Below, piece by piece: positions 10,870 through 20,985 of a stretch of DNA of 64,000 nucleotides (the stretch's first letter is position 1; each line of letters starts with the position of its first letter). The DNA comes from Candidatus Levybacteria bacterium CG2_30_37_29 (GTDB taxonomy: Bacteria > Patescibacteriota > Microgenomatia > Levybacterales > GWA1-39-11). The notes under the pieces are model-generated. The model searched no databases and was not told where the DNA came from. It saw only the letters and a list, made by a program, of their open reading frames with translations. The DNA is taken from positions 3,654 through 67,653 of the forward strand of contig MNYS01000009.1 in the NCBI GenBank assembly GCA_001873215.1, in the 5' to 3' direction. Position numbers and translations under genes: made by a program.

Positions 10870-12540
10870 GTGAAAAATTACCTAAAGCTTATCCACGCGT
10901 CTACTCGGAGACTTACTCACCCTAGCTACAATACCTTAATTATACTTACCCTTATAACCGTATTAGTAATTGAAGCCCTTTCCCATATATATGTAGTTTT
11001 TGGAAAGATTGGAACAATATTCTGGGCATGTCTATTTGTCTTTATTCTTACAGAAACGTTCGTAGGATTAAAAACACTTATTAAATTAACCCTACACAAA
11101 AAATATTTATTGACTATATTTGCATATTTAATCATTTTAGGAATAAGTTTATTTGCTAGTTTTCTAGCGATTAACAGTCATTTTGAGGCTGCCCAGGAAA
11201 CAACGTGCAAACTATTTCAATACTCTCTTTCCGACTTTGGTTATAATTCAATTTGCCATCTTGGCTATCCTGCAAGAATATTCATTGTTACTTCTTTACC
11301 CTCTCTTCTTTTTGGAAGATCCCTTTTTGCTTTAAATTTTGGTGCATTAATTTATATATTCTGTGGTTTAACAATTTTCACAGCAGCAATTACTAAATAT
11401 TTTAAAAAGGAAGAATCGTCTGACATGATAACTTTTTTTTCTGTAGCAATGATACCCAATTTTTTTTACTTTAATTATTTCCTTTTTGCATATGAGCTAG
11501 GAATTTTCCCTGTTACATTTATGCTTATGCAAACAGGATTTTACCTATTTTATTTAAAAGAGAAAAAAATAAAATATATTCTTTTATCGCTTATTGTTAA
11601 CTATTACTTAATTTTTTCCTATACTACCGCGCTGGCAGTGGTGGTACTTTCGCTGATATTCATGCTACTTTTTATCTTTGAAAAACAACTACCAAAACTT
11701 CACAAACTTACTTTTGGGATGGGCATAATCGCAACTACTATAATGAGTATTTCCTCTTTATTTATAAGAAACGATATCCGTCTTTTTAGCAGCCCACATA
11801 ATACAATAAACATTTCTACAGAACTACTAAGCGCACTCAGATATTTTATAAACGGAAATAACGTTAGCCCTTTTACTACTTCCGCAATATCTTCAATAAT
11901 GCTCATAGTTATCCTTTCTCTTCTCTCATTTATGTTTGGAAAAAAATATTTTATCGTAGGAATATGGATAATTGCTGTAGTCATTGCCGCAGTAGTCACC
12001 CAAGGATATTCATTTAATTCATTGGAATTTAGGGTACATAGGGCAATTATTATTATGCCGACCATAATAATATTTACCTCAGTAGCTCTTAGTAAAATAC
12101 TCAGATATATTCCTCAGACAAAAAAGATTATAGTCATTTCCTCCATCTTTCTTTTATCCCTAGGTGTCTATTATCAATACAGCTATTTAAACACTAAGGT
12201 TGGAGATGAAAGACATAGGCACTATGAACTTATTAATTACTTGAAAACAAACATTAACAATGGCGATGAGATTTATCTTTATTTCGACACAAATACCGAC
12301 AGGAATTTTATATCAATAAATGACAATTTATATTACTATTATCCAAAATCTATGGCGGAAGTATCAAACGTTCTCTGTGCCTTCAACTATCCAGGCGTCA
12401 ACACATTATCGCAACAGACTTACTTTCTGACATATTCCAATATTCCATGCACACGAAAATCAACAAATTTTAGTCTTGTAGGGTCTTTTAAGTTTTTAAA
12501 CGATGAGACTCTTCTCATATATAAATTTTCCAACATTTAG
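10870..12540 (+). CDS. Polytopic membrane protein, probable divergent GT-C
   Basis: About 12 TMs; position inside the glycosylation cluster; lower GC. Confidence 0.6.
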   Translation: MKNYLKLIHASTRRLTHPSYNTLIILTLITVLVIEALSHIYVVFGKIGTIFWACLFVFILTETFVGLKTLIKLTLHKKYLLTIFAYLIILGISLFASFLAINSHFEAAQETTCKLFQYSLSDFGYNSICHLGYPARIFIVTSLPSLLFGRSLFALNFGALIYIFCGLTIFTAAITKYFKKEESSDMITFFSVAMIPNFFYFNYFLFAYELGIFPVTFMLMQTGFYLFYLKEKKIKYILLSLIVNYYLIFSYTTALAVVVLSLIFMLLFIFEKQLPKLHKLTFGMGIIATTIMSISSLFIRNDIRLFSSPHNTINISTELLSALRYFINGNNVSPFTTSAISSIMLIVILSLLSFMFGKKYFIVGIWIIAVVIAAVVTQGYSFNSLEFRVHRAIIIMPTIIIFTSVALSKILRYIPQTKKIIVISSIFLLSLGVYYQYSYLNTKVGDERHRHYELINYLKTNINNGDEIYLYFDTNTDRNFISINDNLYYYYPKSMAEVSNVLCAFNYPGVNTLSQQTYFLTYSNIPCTRKSTNFSLVGSFKFLNDETLLIYKFSNI

Positions 12541-12590
12541 CTTCTTTCAATATTGCATCAACATAGTTACACAGTGTACAATAAACAACT

Positions 12591-13637
12591 ATGACGCCGA
12601 CTGTTCTTATCACAGGTGGAACCGGGTTTTTGGGCGTGCATCTTGCACGTTTTTTTCTTAAGAAAAAATATAAAGTAATTCTTCTTGATGCTGCTCCCCT
12701 AACAGCTGCAGATTTACAAAAAAAAGTTGAGGTTATAAATTGTGATATAACTGACCAAAAACAAGTAGTAAATGCTTTTGGAAATAAAAAAATAGACTAC
12801 GTTGTGCACGCGGCGGCGGCACTTCCAATTCAACACACGAAGAAAAAAATTTTTGATGTGAATGTAGGCGGCACAAAAAACGTTCTTGAAGCATCATTAG
12901 AAGCAAAAGTAAAACGGGTTGTTTTTATTTCAACGACCGCAATGTATGGCGTACCGCGCCATCTTCCCGAAAAAGAAACAGATCCAATTTACCCAATAGG
13001 ACATTATGGTGAATCAAAAGCGGAAGCTGAAAAATTATGTCGCAAATATGAAAAAAAGGGGTTACAAATAAATATTATCCGCCCAAAATCTTTTTTAGGA
13101 CCGGAGCGTCTCGGAGTCTTCACAATTTGGTTTGAAGCAATTTATAATAACAAACCCGTCTTAATACTTGGAAAGGGAAACAATCTCTACCAACTGCTTG
13201 AAGTTCAAGATGTTTGCCAAATTGTTGAAAAAGCATTATTATCTAAAAAAAGCGGGGGAACATTTAATGCCGGCGCAAAAGAGTTTGGAACTTGGCAATC
13301 TGATCTTGGCGCGCTTATAAAACACGCAAGGTCAAAATCAAAAATCCTTGGTCTTCCCGTTCTTCCTTCCCAACTTGCGCTTTCAATTCTTGAATTTTTT
13401 AATCTATCTCCAATTGTTGCGTGGCATTATAAAACTTTTCCTGTAAATTCATACGTTTCAATTGAAAAAGCACAAAAAGAATTAGGATTCCGACCTACTA
13501 AATCCAACAAAGAAATATTAATAGAAAGCTATGATTGGTATGCAAAACACCGAAAAGAATTTTTAGGGCATACCGGAAAAACACATAGAACGATATGGAA
13601 TTTTAAACTTCTGGATATTATAAATAAATTTTTATGA
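12591..13637 (+). CDS. NAD-dependent epimerase/dehydratase (extended SDR)
   Basis: ITGGTGFLG, HAAA, YGESKAEAE (YxxxK). Confidence 0.9.
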   Translation: MTPTVLITGGTGFLGVHLARFFLKKKYKVILLDAAPLTAADLQKKVEVINCDITDQKQVVNAFGNKKIDYVVHAAAALPIQHTKKKIFDVNVGGTKNVLEASLEAKVKRVVFISTTAMYGVPRHLPEKETDPIYPIGHYGESKAEAEKLCRKYEKKGLQINIIRPKSFLGPERLGVFTIWFEAIYNNKPVLILGKGNNLYQLLEVQDVCQIVEKALLSKKSGGTFNAGAKEFGTWQSDLGALIKHARSKSKILGLPVLPSQLALSILEFFNLSPIVAWHYKTFPVNSYVSIEKAQKELGFRPTKSNKEILIESYDWYAKHRKEFLGHTGKTHRTIWNFKLLDIINKFL

Positions 13638-14200
13638 GAGGAAAAATAAAAAAACAAGTTATCGGATTTGATTTTGATAAAGTATTTGTTGATTATCCAC
13701 CTCTTGTTCCGGCAAAAATTATTGATTTTCTTTATAAAAAGAAAAACGGCAAGCTTTCATATCGTTTCCCAAATAGTTTTGAACAAAAAATTCGTATCCT
13801 TTCTCATTACCCCATATTTCGCCGTCCGATAAAAAATAACGTTAAAATACTTGGTCTTCTTTTTGACAACAAACATGAACTTCATCTTATATCAAGCCGT
13901 TTTTCTTTTCTTGAAAAAAGGACAAAAGCTTGGCTTGAAAAAAATAATTTCTCAAAATTTTTTAGAGATACTCACTTTAATTTTGAAGACCATCAACCCC
14001 ATTTATTTAAATCCGGGGTAATACATAAATTGAGAATTGAAAAATTTGTTGATGATGATTTAGATTTGTTAAATTTTCTTGCCAAAAAAAATCCATTAGT
14101 AAAACTTTTCTGGATTTCTCCACGTAAATCAAATACGGTTTTGCCTAAAAATATAACCCATATAAAAAATTTAGAAGAGTTTTTAGAAAAATATTTGTAA
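13634..14200 (+). CDS. HAD-superfamily phosphatase (5'(3')-nucleotidase-like)
   Basis: IGFDFDKVF (DxD), ISSR, K, FVDDD. Confidence 0.75.
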   Translation: MRGKIKKQVIGFDFDKVFVDYPPLVPAKIIDFLYKKKNGKLSYRFPNSFEQKIRILSHYPIFRRPIKNNVKILGLLFDNKHELHLISSRFSFLEKRTKAWLEKNNFSKFFRDTHFNFEDHQPHLFKSGVIHKLRIEKFVDDDLDLLNFLAKKNPLVKLFWISPRKSNTVLPKNITHIKNLEEFLEKYL

Positions 14201-16306
14201 ATGATTGCTGATTTTTTTTCTTTATTGCAATGGTATTTTGTTTTTCTTATTATTGGAATTGTTTTTTTTCCAATAACAAACTCCATTTTCAGAAATTTTC
14301 CTGACAGAGGATATATATTCTCAAAAATACTTGGTATCGCTTTTATTTCCTATTCTGTATTTTTTCTAAGCATTACAAAACTTTTACCTTTCACAACCGT
14401 TTCAATCATTCTTGTGTTGTTCATTTTTCTTGTTATAAACATATTTGTCGGAAAGAAAACTACTCAAGAAATTTCAAAAAAAAATATTATTATTTTTGTT
14501 TTTGAAGAAATACTTTTCTTAATATGCCTTCTTTTCTGGGCCTTTGTAAGGGGGCATGAACCAAGCATCCACGGTCTTGAAAAGTTTATGGATTTTGGGT
14601 TTATTAATTCGATCATTCGGGCACGCTACCTTCCCCCGCCCGACATGTGGTTTACTCCATACCCAATTAACTATTATTATTTCGGCCATTTCACAACAGC
14701 TCTACTTACAAAATTATCTTTTCTCCCCTCTTACATTACGTATAATCTTATGCTGTCAACTATTTTTGCTTTTACTTTTACGGGGAGTTTTTCTCTGGGG
14801 GCTGCTTTTTTTGGAAAAATTTTTTTGAAGAAAAATTTTTTTGCCGGATTGTTTTCTGCAGTTTTTGTATCTTTGGCAGGAAATCTTCACACAATTTATA
14901 CTTTTTTTACGCCTTACAAAAATGAGTCCCCGGTATCTCCTATAAATCTTTCCTTTTCACCATCAACTTTTCCAAACATCTACTGGTATCCAAATGCGAC
15001 ACGGTTTATCCCCTTTACAATTCATGAATTCCCCCTCTATTCATTTGTTGTTTCAGATTTACACGGACATGTTATTGACATTCCGTTTGTACTTTTAGGA
15101 ATTGCAATTATTTATAAAATATTTACGGATAAAAAAGTAAGATTCTCCTCTTTAATCCTCTCCTCTTTAATACTTTCAATAATGTATATGACTAATGCAT
15201 GGGATGCAATAATTTACGGACTACTATTCTTTATTTGTATTTCTTTTATATACGCCCGCGAAAAAGAATACAAACTTGCAAAAATATTCAGTCTTCCAAA
15301 TCTTTTAAAAATTCTCAAATCTTTTGCAATGCTTTTTGCTGGAATAATTGCATTTACACTTCCGTTTAGCGTTCATTTCAAGCCTTTTGTTTCAGGTCTT
15401 GGAATAATTTGTCCACCAAATTTTTTGGTACAACTTGGACATATCGGACCGTTTTTATTTGAACCCAACCACTGTCAAAGATCTCCTCTTTGGCAATTAT
15501 TAATTCTTTATGGATTTTTCTACTTTTTCATATTTACTTTCGTCGTCTTTTTTCTAAAACGCGTCAATGCAAAAAAAACTCAGGAAACTGATTTTTTCAT
15601 GCTTATTTTAATTTTTGTTTCAATCATTCTTATTATTATTCCGGAATTTGTATATGCAAAAGATATTTATCCCGCACACTACAGGGCAAATACAATGTTT
15701 AAGCTTGTATATCAAGCATTTATTCTTCTCTCGCTTGTTTCAGGGTTTGCTATCGTAAGAATTCTTTCTGCAAAAAAAAATATTCTTTTCTTTTTTGCTA
15801 CTTTAATTTTGTCAACTTGCGTACTTTTATATCCATTTTTTGCAGTTTTTTCTTACTATTCAAATCTTAAAAATTACACAGGACAAGATGGGCTTTTATA
15901 TTTAAAAACCATTCGCCCGCAAGATTATGACGCTGTTCTTTGGATAAATAAAAATATTACCGGGCAGCCGGTTATAGTTGAAGCGCAAGGAGATTCATAC
16001 ACTGATTATGCTAGAATTTCATCCAATACCGGTCTTCCTACAATACTTGGATGGACGGTTCATGAGTGGCTATGGCGGGGAACATACGATATTCCTTCAC
16101 CCCGAATTGCCGAAGTACAAACAATTTATGAAGAAAAGGATATCCAAAAAACCAAATTGCTTTTGGATAAATACCATGTTTCCTACGTGTACGTTGGTGA
16201 CTTGGAGCGCGAAAAATATCCGCACCTTTTTGAAGAAAAATTTATAAAAATAGGAACCAAGATTTACGACAGACAGAAAACAAAAATATACAAAATTAAA
16301 TATTAA
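14201..16306 (+). CDS. DUF2298 / YYY-motif membrane protein (GT-C-like)
   Basis: EKFMDF, PPPDMWF, INYYYFGH, EFPLYSFVVSDLHGH, NTMFKL, GWTVHEWLWRG. Confidence 0.85.
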   Translation: MIADFFSLLQWYFVFLIIGIVFFPITNSIFRNFPDRGYIFSKILGIAFISYSVFFLSITKLLPFTTVSIILVLFIFLVINIFVGKKTTQEISKKNIIIFVFEEILFLICLLFWAFVRGHEPSIHGLEKFMDFGFINSIIRARYLPPPDMWFTPYPINYYYFGHFTTALLTKLSFLPSYITYNLMLSTIFAFTFTGSFSLGAAFFGKIFLKKNFFAGLFSAVFVSLAGNLHTIYTFFTPYKNESPVSPINLSFSPSTFPNIYWYPNATRFIPFTIHEFPLYSFVVSDLHGHVIDIPFVLLGIAIIYKIFTDKKVRFSSLILSSLILSIMYMTNAWDAIIYGLLFFICISFIYAREKEYKLAKIFSLPNLLKILKSFAMLFAGIIAFTLPFSVHFKPFVSGLGIICPPNFLVQLGHIGPFLFEPNHCQRSPLWQLLILYGFFYFFIFTFVVFFLKRVNAKKTQETDFFMLILIFVSIILIIIPEFVYAKDIYPAHYRANTMFKLVYQAFILLSLVSGFAIVRILSAKKNILFFFATLILSTCVLLYPFFAVFSYYSNLKNYTGQDGLLYLKTIRPQDYDAVLWINKNITGQPVIVEAQGDSYTDYARISSNTGLPTILGWTVHEWLWRGTYDIPSPRIAEVQTIYEEKDIQKTKLLLDKYHVSYVYVGDLEREKYPHLFEEKFIKIGTKIYDRQKTKIYKIKY

Positions 16307-17436
16307 TTTTTTACTTCAGAAACGCCGATCCCTTTGTCATTCACTGTACATACATTCCCCTTTATAATACAATCTATATACGCGTGTATCTCTGAAAAAT
16401 CACCATCTCCTGCTCGCGGAATTAAAACCCATTCGTAATCTTGTTTTGCCGAAATATCAGGATGAATCAGTATTCCGTTTCTTTTTTCCTGCTCGCTTCC
16501 GAAATCAAGAACTGTATTTTTTACTTTTGCTCCGCGTACCTTTTTAGCAAGTTTTATAAAATCATCAAATTCTGAAGGTTTTATATCCATGTCAATATTT
16601 TGGGAAATAATATTATATATTCCAAAAACTTTAACCGGGTTAAGGATTATTCCCAAAGAAAAAACTTTTTTTTCTATTGCAGTTATTGTCTCTTGCTGAC
16701 GCTGGCTTCTTGCGAAGTCGTTACCTTCTTCGCCAATAGCGTGGCGCGAGCGGACAAAATCAAGAGATTGATTTCCGTTCATGTGAGTTAAGCCTTTTTC
16801 AAAATGCACTTTTCTATATCTACAAGGAAAGGCTTCCAGCTGGGATGAAGCAGTTGAAAGTAGAAGAAGTTCTTCTTCTTTGTGTCCACACGTATCGTTT
16901 TCTTTACCTTCAATTGGATACTCCAGATCAGTCAAATCTCGTTTGACATCAACTTCAATTCCTCCAAGATAATCTACGAGTTTCACAAATCCCTGAAAAT
17001 CTAACACAAACACGTAGTCAACCGGTTCTCCTATCACTTTTTGTACGACTGCCCGCGAAAGAATTTTGCCTTTTTTATCTTTATCTTGGCCGATACTATA
17101 CGCCGTATTTATTCTTTGGGAAATATCGGGAATCCATAAATCGCGGGGTATAGACACAAGCTCAACTGACTTTGCCGTAGGATTAACGTGTGCAAAAATA
17201 AGCGTATCTGTTAGATCCGGTCCTTCATGAGTCCCTCCACCAATACCCAAAAGAAGAATATTAACACTACCATCGCTTTCTTTTTTTAGCTCAATGTTTT
17301 TATTAAAAATTAGGCTGTAAAGAAATGAGGTCGAAAGCGAAATTTGCCGAAAGAAAGCAATTCCAAGAACTATACAAATGATGCCAAACCCAAAAAGAAT
17401 TTTATTCCTGTTTTCGGAGACTTTCTTTTTCAACAT
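16303..17436 (-). CDS. LytR-CpsA-Psr (LCP) family protein
   Basis: NILLLG, TDTLI, SIPRDLW, RINTAY, FVRSRH, DFARSQRQQ. Confidence 0.92.
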   Translation of the reverse strand: MLKKKVSENRNKILFGFGIICIVLGIAFFRQISLSTSFLYSLIFNKNIELKKESDGSVNILLLGIGGGTHEGPDLTDTLIFAHVNPTAKSVELVSIPRDLWIPDISQRINTAYSIGQDKDKKGKILSRAVVQKVIGEPVDYVFVLDFQGFVKLVDYLGGIEVDVKRDLTDLEYPIEGKENDTCGHKEEELLLLSTASSQLEAFPCRYRKVHFEKGLTHMNGNQSLDFVRSRHAIGEEGNDFARSQRQQETITAIEKKVFSLGIILNPVKVFGIYNIISQNIDMDIKPSEFDDFIKLAKKVRGAKVKNTVLDFGSEQEKRNGILIHPDISAKQDYEWVLIPRAGDGDFSEIHAYIDCIIKGNVCTVNDKGIGVSEVKN

Positions 17437-18227
17437 GCTTTGATAAGATTTGTAAATGTTTCGGGGTCAAGACTCGCGCCGCCAACTAAAAATCCTTGCA
17501 AAAACGGTATTCCCAAATATTCGTTTACGTTTTTATCCGAAACACTTCCTCCATAAAGAAGCTTTGCTGACGAGATGTTTTTTATTTTCTCAAAAACTTT
17601 TGCGACGTCTTCTCGGCTTTCAGGAATTCCTGTTCCAAAAGTTGAAATAGCACTTGGCGGCTCATACACAACGTAATTTGCGCCTTCCGGAATAAATGAA
17701 TTTTCGTCTTGTATGCAAATAAGAGGTGTCAAATTATTTTTTACTACTTGGCTGAATTTTTCTTTAAGACTTGTATCGTTTTCCATGAAATATTTTTTTC
17801 TTTCAGAATGGTTTAGTAAAACATAAGACGCAAACTCGCCTACTTGCCGCGCGGAAACTTCACCGGTATACGCACCGTCAGGAAACGAAGAAACAGTTTG
17901 GGCGCCGAAAGAAATAGGTAAGTTATTTTCTTTTGCAAATGCGGCGCAAGCCGGAAGCGCTATAAACTGAGGGAGTATAACAATTTCTTTATCCACCTTC
18001 GCAGAAAACCTAGAGCTTAAGTTAGAGGATGAATGCGAAGAAATTTCTGCTTCGGCGGATTCCGCTCCGTTGGGCAGAGTGGAGAAGATACCGCGGGCGT
18101 TAACCCGCGGAGCTTCATTGTTCAAAAGCAGGTCGGGAAAAACACTTTTGAGCTTTTGTAAAAACTCGATACTCTCAAAAACAGTCTTATGACTCTTCCA
18201 GTTAGCAACTATTATAAATTTATCCAT
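17430..18227 (-). CDS. tpiA: Triosephosphate isomerase with a 43-codon in-frame insertion
   Basis: ANWKS, NHSERK, VYEP, YGGSV and LVGGASL catalytic motifs. Start at ATG 18227, 6 nt after TATAAT. Confidence 0.92.
   Translation of the reverse strand: MDKFIIVANWKSHKTVFESIEFLQKLKSVFPDLLLNNEAPRVNARGIFSTLPNGAESAEAEISSHSSSNLSSRFSAKVDKEIVILPQFIALPACAAFAKENNLPISFGAQTVSSFPDGAYTGEVSARQVGEFASYVLLNHSERKKYFMENDTSLKEKFSQVVKNNLTPLICIQDENSFIPEGANYVVYEPPSAISTFGTGIPESREDVAKVFEKIKNISSAKLLYGGSVSDKNVNEYLGIPFLQGFLVGGASLDPETFTNLIKAC
17991..18119 (-). mobile_element. GC-rich multi-hairpin miniature element inserted in-frame in tpiA
   Basis: About 129 bp. Hairpin CCGCGGG-cgttaa-CCCGCGG (18091-18110); inverted pair CTTCGCA (17997-18003)/TGCGAAG (18034-18040); encodes an extra NEAPRVNARG...FSAKVD. 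Confidence 0.7.
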
Positions 18228-18311
18228 AAGACTATTATATGTCATTTCTGTCTAATTCCCAACATTACATTTTGCTTATTACGCGCAGCCTTGTTATACT
18301 CTTATACAAGA

Positions 18312-19127
18312 ATGCCAAACCAATTTTCCCATCCATGGAGCAAAGAAGAGCTTAATTTTATTGAAAAAAGTATTGGCAAGTTAACCTATGGACAGATGGG
18401 CAGAATAATTAATCGTACTGCGTCATCCATACAATCTAAGGTTAGATATATGCCATTTCAGCAGAAAGTTAAAAAATATTCAGTTGATTCATCTTTTTTT
18501 AACACGTGGTCTGCAGAAATGGCATATGTTCTTGGTTTTATAGCAGCCGATGGAAATGTTTATAAAACTGAAAGAACACACATTTTACAAATTGCAAGTG
18601 ATGATATAGATATTATTGAAAAAATACAAATTGCCTTAAAACATAACGGACCAATTCATTTTAAGCAACGCGAAAATGGGAAAACATCATATAGCCTTCG
18701 TATTTGTGATCTTTTACTTTTTAATAGCCTATTAAATCTAGGTATTACTGAAAGAAAAAGTCTCACAATAACACCCCCCTTTATCCCCAAACCCTACATA
18801 CATCATTACATAAGAGGATACTTTGATGGTGACGGATCTGTTTCCTATAGAAAAGTGTCTTATAAAAGTAGACTGGTAGTTGATATATACACTGCAAGTT
18901 TTTATATGGCTAGTTTTCTGTATGAAAAAATAAAAGAACAGATGGGTGATCTATATAAAGGTAAATTATATGCTACATTAGCTCACCAAAAAACTAGGTA
19001 CTACTCTATAAGGCTAGGACATAAGGCATCGGAACAATTATTTAAGTATATATATAAAAATGCAAACAATTTGTATCTTGAGAGAAAATATAATAAGTTC
19101 ATTATGAGAACACGTTATGAAGTTTGA
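18312..19127 (+). CDS. Free-standing double-motif LAGLIDADG endonuclease-like protein with N-terminal HTH
   Basis: AYVLGFIAADG and YIRGYFDGDGS motifs, C-terminal LERK. N-terminal WSKEE...RTASSIQSK HTH-like segment. Confidence 0.85.
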   Translation: MPNQFSHPWSKEELNFIEKSIGKLTYGQMGRIINRTASSIQSKVRYMPFQQKVKKYSVDSSFFNTWSAEMAYVLGFIAADGNVYKTERTHILQIASDDIDIIEKIQIALKHNGPIHFKQRENGKTSYSLRICDLLLFNSLLNLGITERKSLTITPPFIPKPYIHHYIRGYFDGDGSVSYRKVSYKSRLVVDIYTASFYMASFLYEKIKEQMGDLYKGKLYATLAHQKTRYYSIRLGHKASEQLFKYIYKNANNLYLERKYNKFIMRTRYEV

Positions 19128-20985
19128 CCTTTCAACCCTTAATAAGGAACAAAGAAAAGCAGTAATCTTTACCGAAGGACCAAGTATCGTACTGGCAGGA
19201 GCAGGTTCTGGCAAAACGAAGATTCTGGTTTATAAAACCATTTATCTTATCCAAAAGGGTGTAAGCCCAAACAACATTCTCCTTTCTACTTTTACAAATA
19301 AGGCTGCCGGAGAAATGAAAGAACGAATAAGAAAAATTTTTGCAAAAGAAAAAAACATTCCATGCAATACTTTTCCTACTATTGGCACATTTCATTCTCT
19401 TTGCGTACGTATTTTAAGGCGTCATGGAAAATCTGGAGGAATTTCTTCACATTTTCAAATTTATGACACATCTGATCAACTGGATACATTAAAGAGTGCA
19501 TTTGAAAAAATTGATATCTCACAAAAAAATATCAAGCCAAGAAGCGTTTTACAAACAATTTCTCAGGCAAAAAATCAAATGATTGACCCTCTAGTTTATG
19601 CTTCTTTTGCTCGTGGATATTTTCAGGAAGCGGTTGCAAAGCTTTACCCTGTTTATCAAGATCTGTTGCGTAACCAAGACGCTTTGGACTTTGACGATTT
19701 GCTTCTTGAGACAATAAAGCTTTTGCAAAAAAATCCTGAAATACTTACCTTTTATCAAAAACAATTCTTGTACACATTAGTTGATGAATACCAAGACACC
19801 AATCAAGCACAATATATTCTTACAAAACTTCTTGGAGGGGGAACAAGGAATATTTGTATAGTCGGAGATTTTTCCCAAAGCATCTATTCTTTCAGAGGGG
19901 CAGATTTTCGCAACCTTGAAAAATTTAAGAAAGATTTTCCCGACGCCGCAACATTTCCTCTCTCTCAAAATTACCGCTCTACACAAAAAATATTGGACGC
20001 TGCATATTCTGTAATCTCAAAAAATACGACTCACCCAATTCTTTCTCTTTGGACCGAAAACAGTCAAGGGAAAGACATAAGACTGTATGAGGCAACCAGC
20101 GAACACAATGAGGCAGAATTTATTATTCAAACAATTCTTGAGAAAATTGAAAACGACCCTAAATTTTGTTTTTCAGACGTTGCTGTTTTATACCGTATGA
20201 ACGCACAGTCACGTTCTCTGGAAGAAACTTTTTTACACAACAGCATTCCGTATTTGCTAATTGGAGGAACCAGATTTTATGAACGGAGAGAAGTAAGAGA
20301 CGTGCTTTCATATCTTTCGTATCTTGCAAATCAAAAAAATATGACTGCTTTAAAACGTATAACAAAACTTGGTAAAAAAAGACTTTTGCTTTTTGAAGAA
20401 TATCTTTCTGTCTTTAACGAAAAAAATTATATGGAGAAAAAAAATACTATCGAGTTGCTTGATGAGGTTGTAAAAAAAACTTCATATCTTAACATGTATG
20501 ACCAAGACGATGAAGAAGACAGAAACAGGCTTGAAAACATAAAAGAGTTGAGATCGGTTGCAATAGAATTTCCAAACCTCTTACAATTCTTGGAAAACGT
20601 TGCTCTTGTTGAACAAGAATATCTCCCGGACCTGCCTGCCGGCAGGCAGGTCAAACAGGAAAAACCGGATGCAGTTACCCTTATGACCATGCACGCGGCA
20701 AAAGGATTGGAATTTAGACTTGTTTTTATCGTCGGCATGGAAGAAGGACTTTTTCCGCATGCCCAGTCTCTTCTTAACTCAGGGGAAATTGAAGAAGAAA
20801 GACGGCTTTGCTATGTTGGAATAACACGAGCAAAAGAAGAACTTTTTCTAACTTTTGCAAAAAGGAGGCTTTATTTTGGACAAGTCACATCCAATACTGT
20901 CTCACGGTTTATAATGGAACTTCCTGATGAAGTACTTTCTAAAAATTATATAAATAGATATATTGATGAGCCAAGCTACTTATAA
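19117..20985 (+). CDS. pcrA: ATP-dependent DNA helicase PcrA/UvrD
   Basis: AGAGSGKT, TFTNKAA, VDEYQDTN, QSIYSFRGA, QNYRST, TMHAAKGLEF, EEERRLCYVGITRA. Confidence 0.95.
   Translation: MKFDLSTLNKEQRKAVIFTEGPSIVLAGAGSGKTKILVYKTIYLIQKGVSPNNILLSTFTNKAAGEMKERIRKIFAKEKNIPCNTFPTIGTFHSLCVRILRRHGKSGGISSHFQIYDTSDQLDTLKSAFEKIDISQKNIKPRSVLQTISQAKNQMIDPLVYASFARGYFQEAVAKLYPVYQDLLRNQDALDFDDLLLETIKLLQKNPEILTFYQKQFLYTLVDEYQDTNQAQYILTKLLGGGTRNICIVGDFSQSIYSFRGADFRNLEKFKKDFPDAATFPLSQNYRSTQKILDAAYSVISKNTTHPILSLWTENSQGKDIRLYEATSEHNEAEFIIQTILEKIENDPKFCFSDVAVLYRMNAQSRSLEETFLHNSIPYLLIGGTRFYERREVRDVLSYLSYLANQKNMTALKRITKLGKKRLLLFEEYLSVFNEKNYMEKKNTIELLDEVVKKTSYLNMYDQDDEEDRNRLENIKELRSVAIEFPNLLQFLENVALVEQEYLPDLPAGRQVKQEKPDAVTLMTMHAAKGLEFRLVFIVGMEEGLFPHAQSLLNSGEIEEERRLCYVGITRAKEELFLTFAKRRLYFGQVTSNTVSRFIMELPDEVLSKNYINRYIDEPSYL
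20629..20652. repeat. Perfect 24-bp GC-rich palindrome (REP-like) inside pcrA, encoding DLPAGRQV
   Basis: GACCTGCCTGCCGGCAGGCAGGTC is its own reverse complement. Confidence 0.8.
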
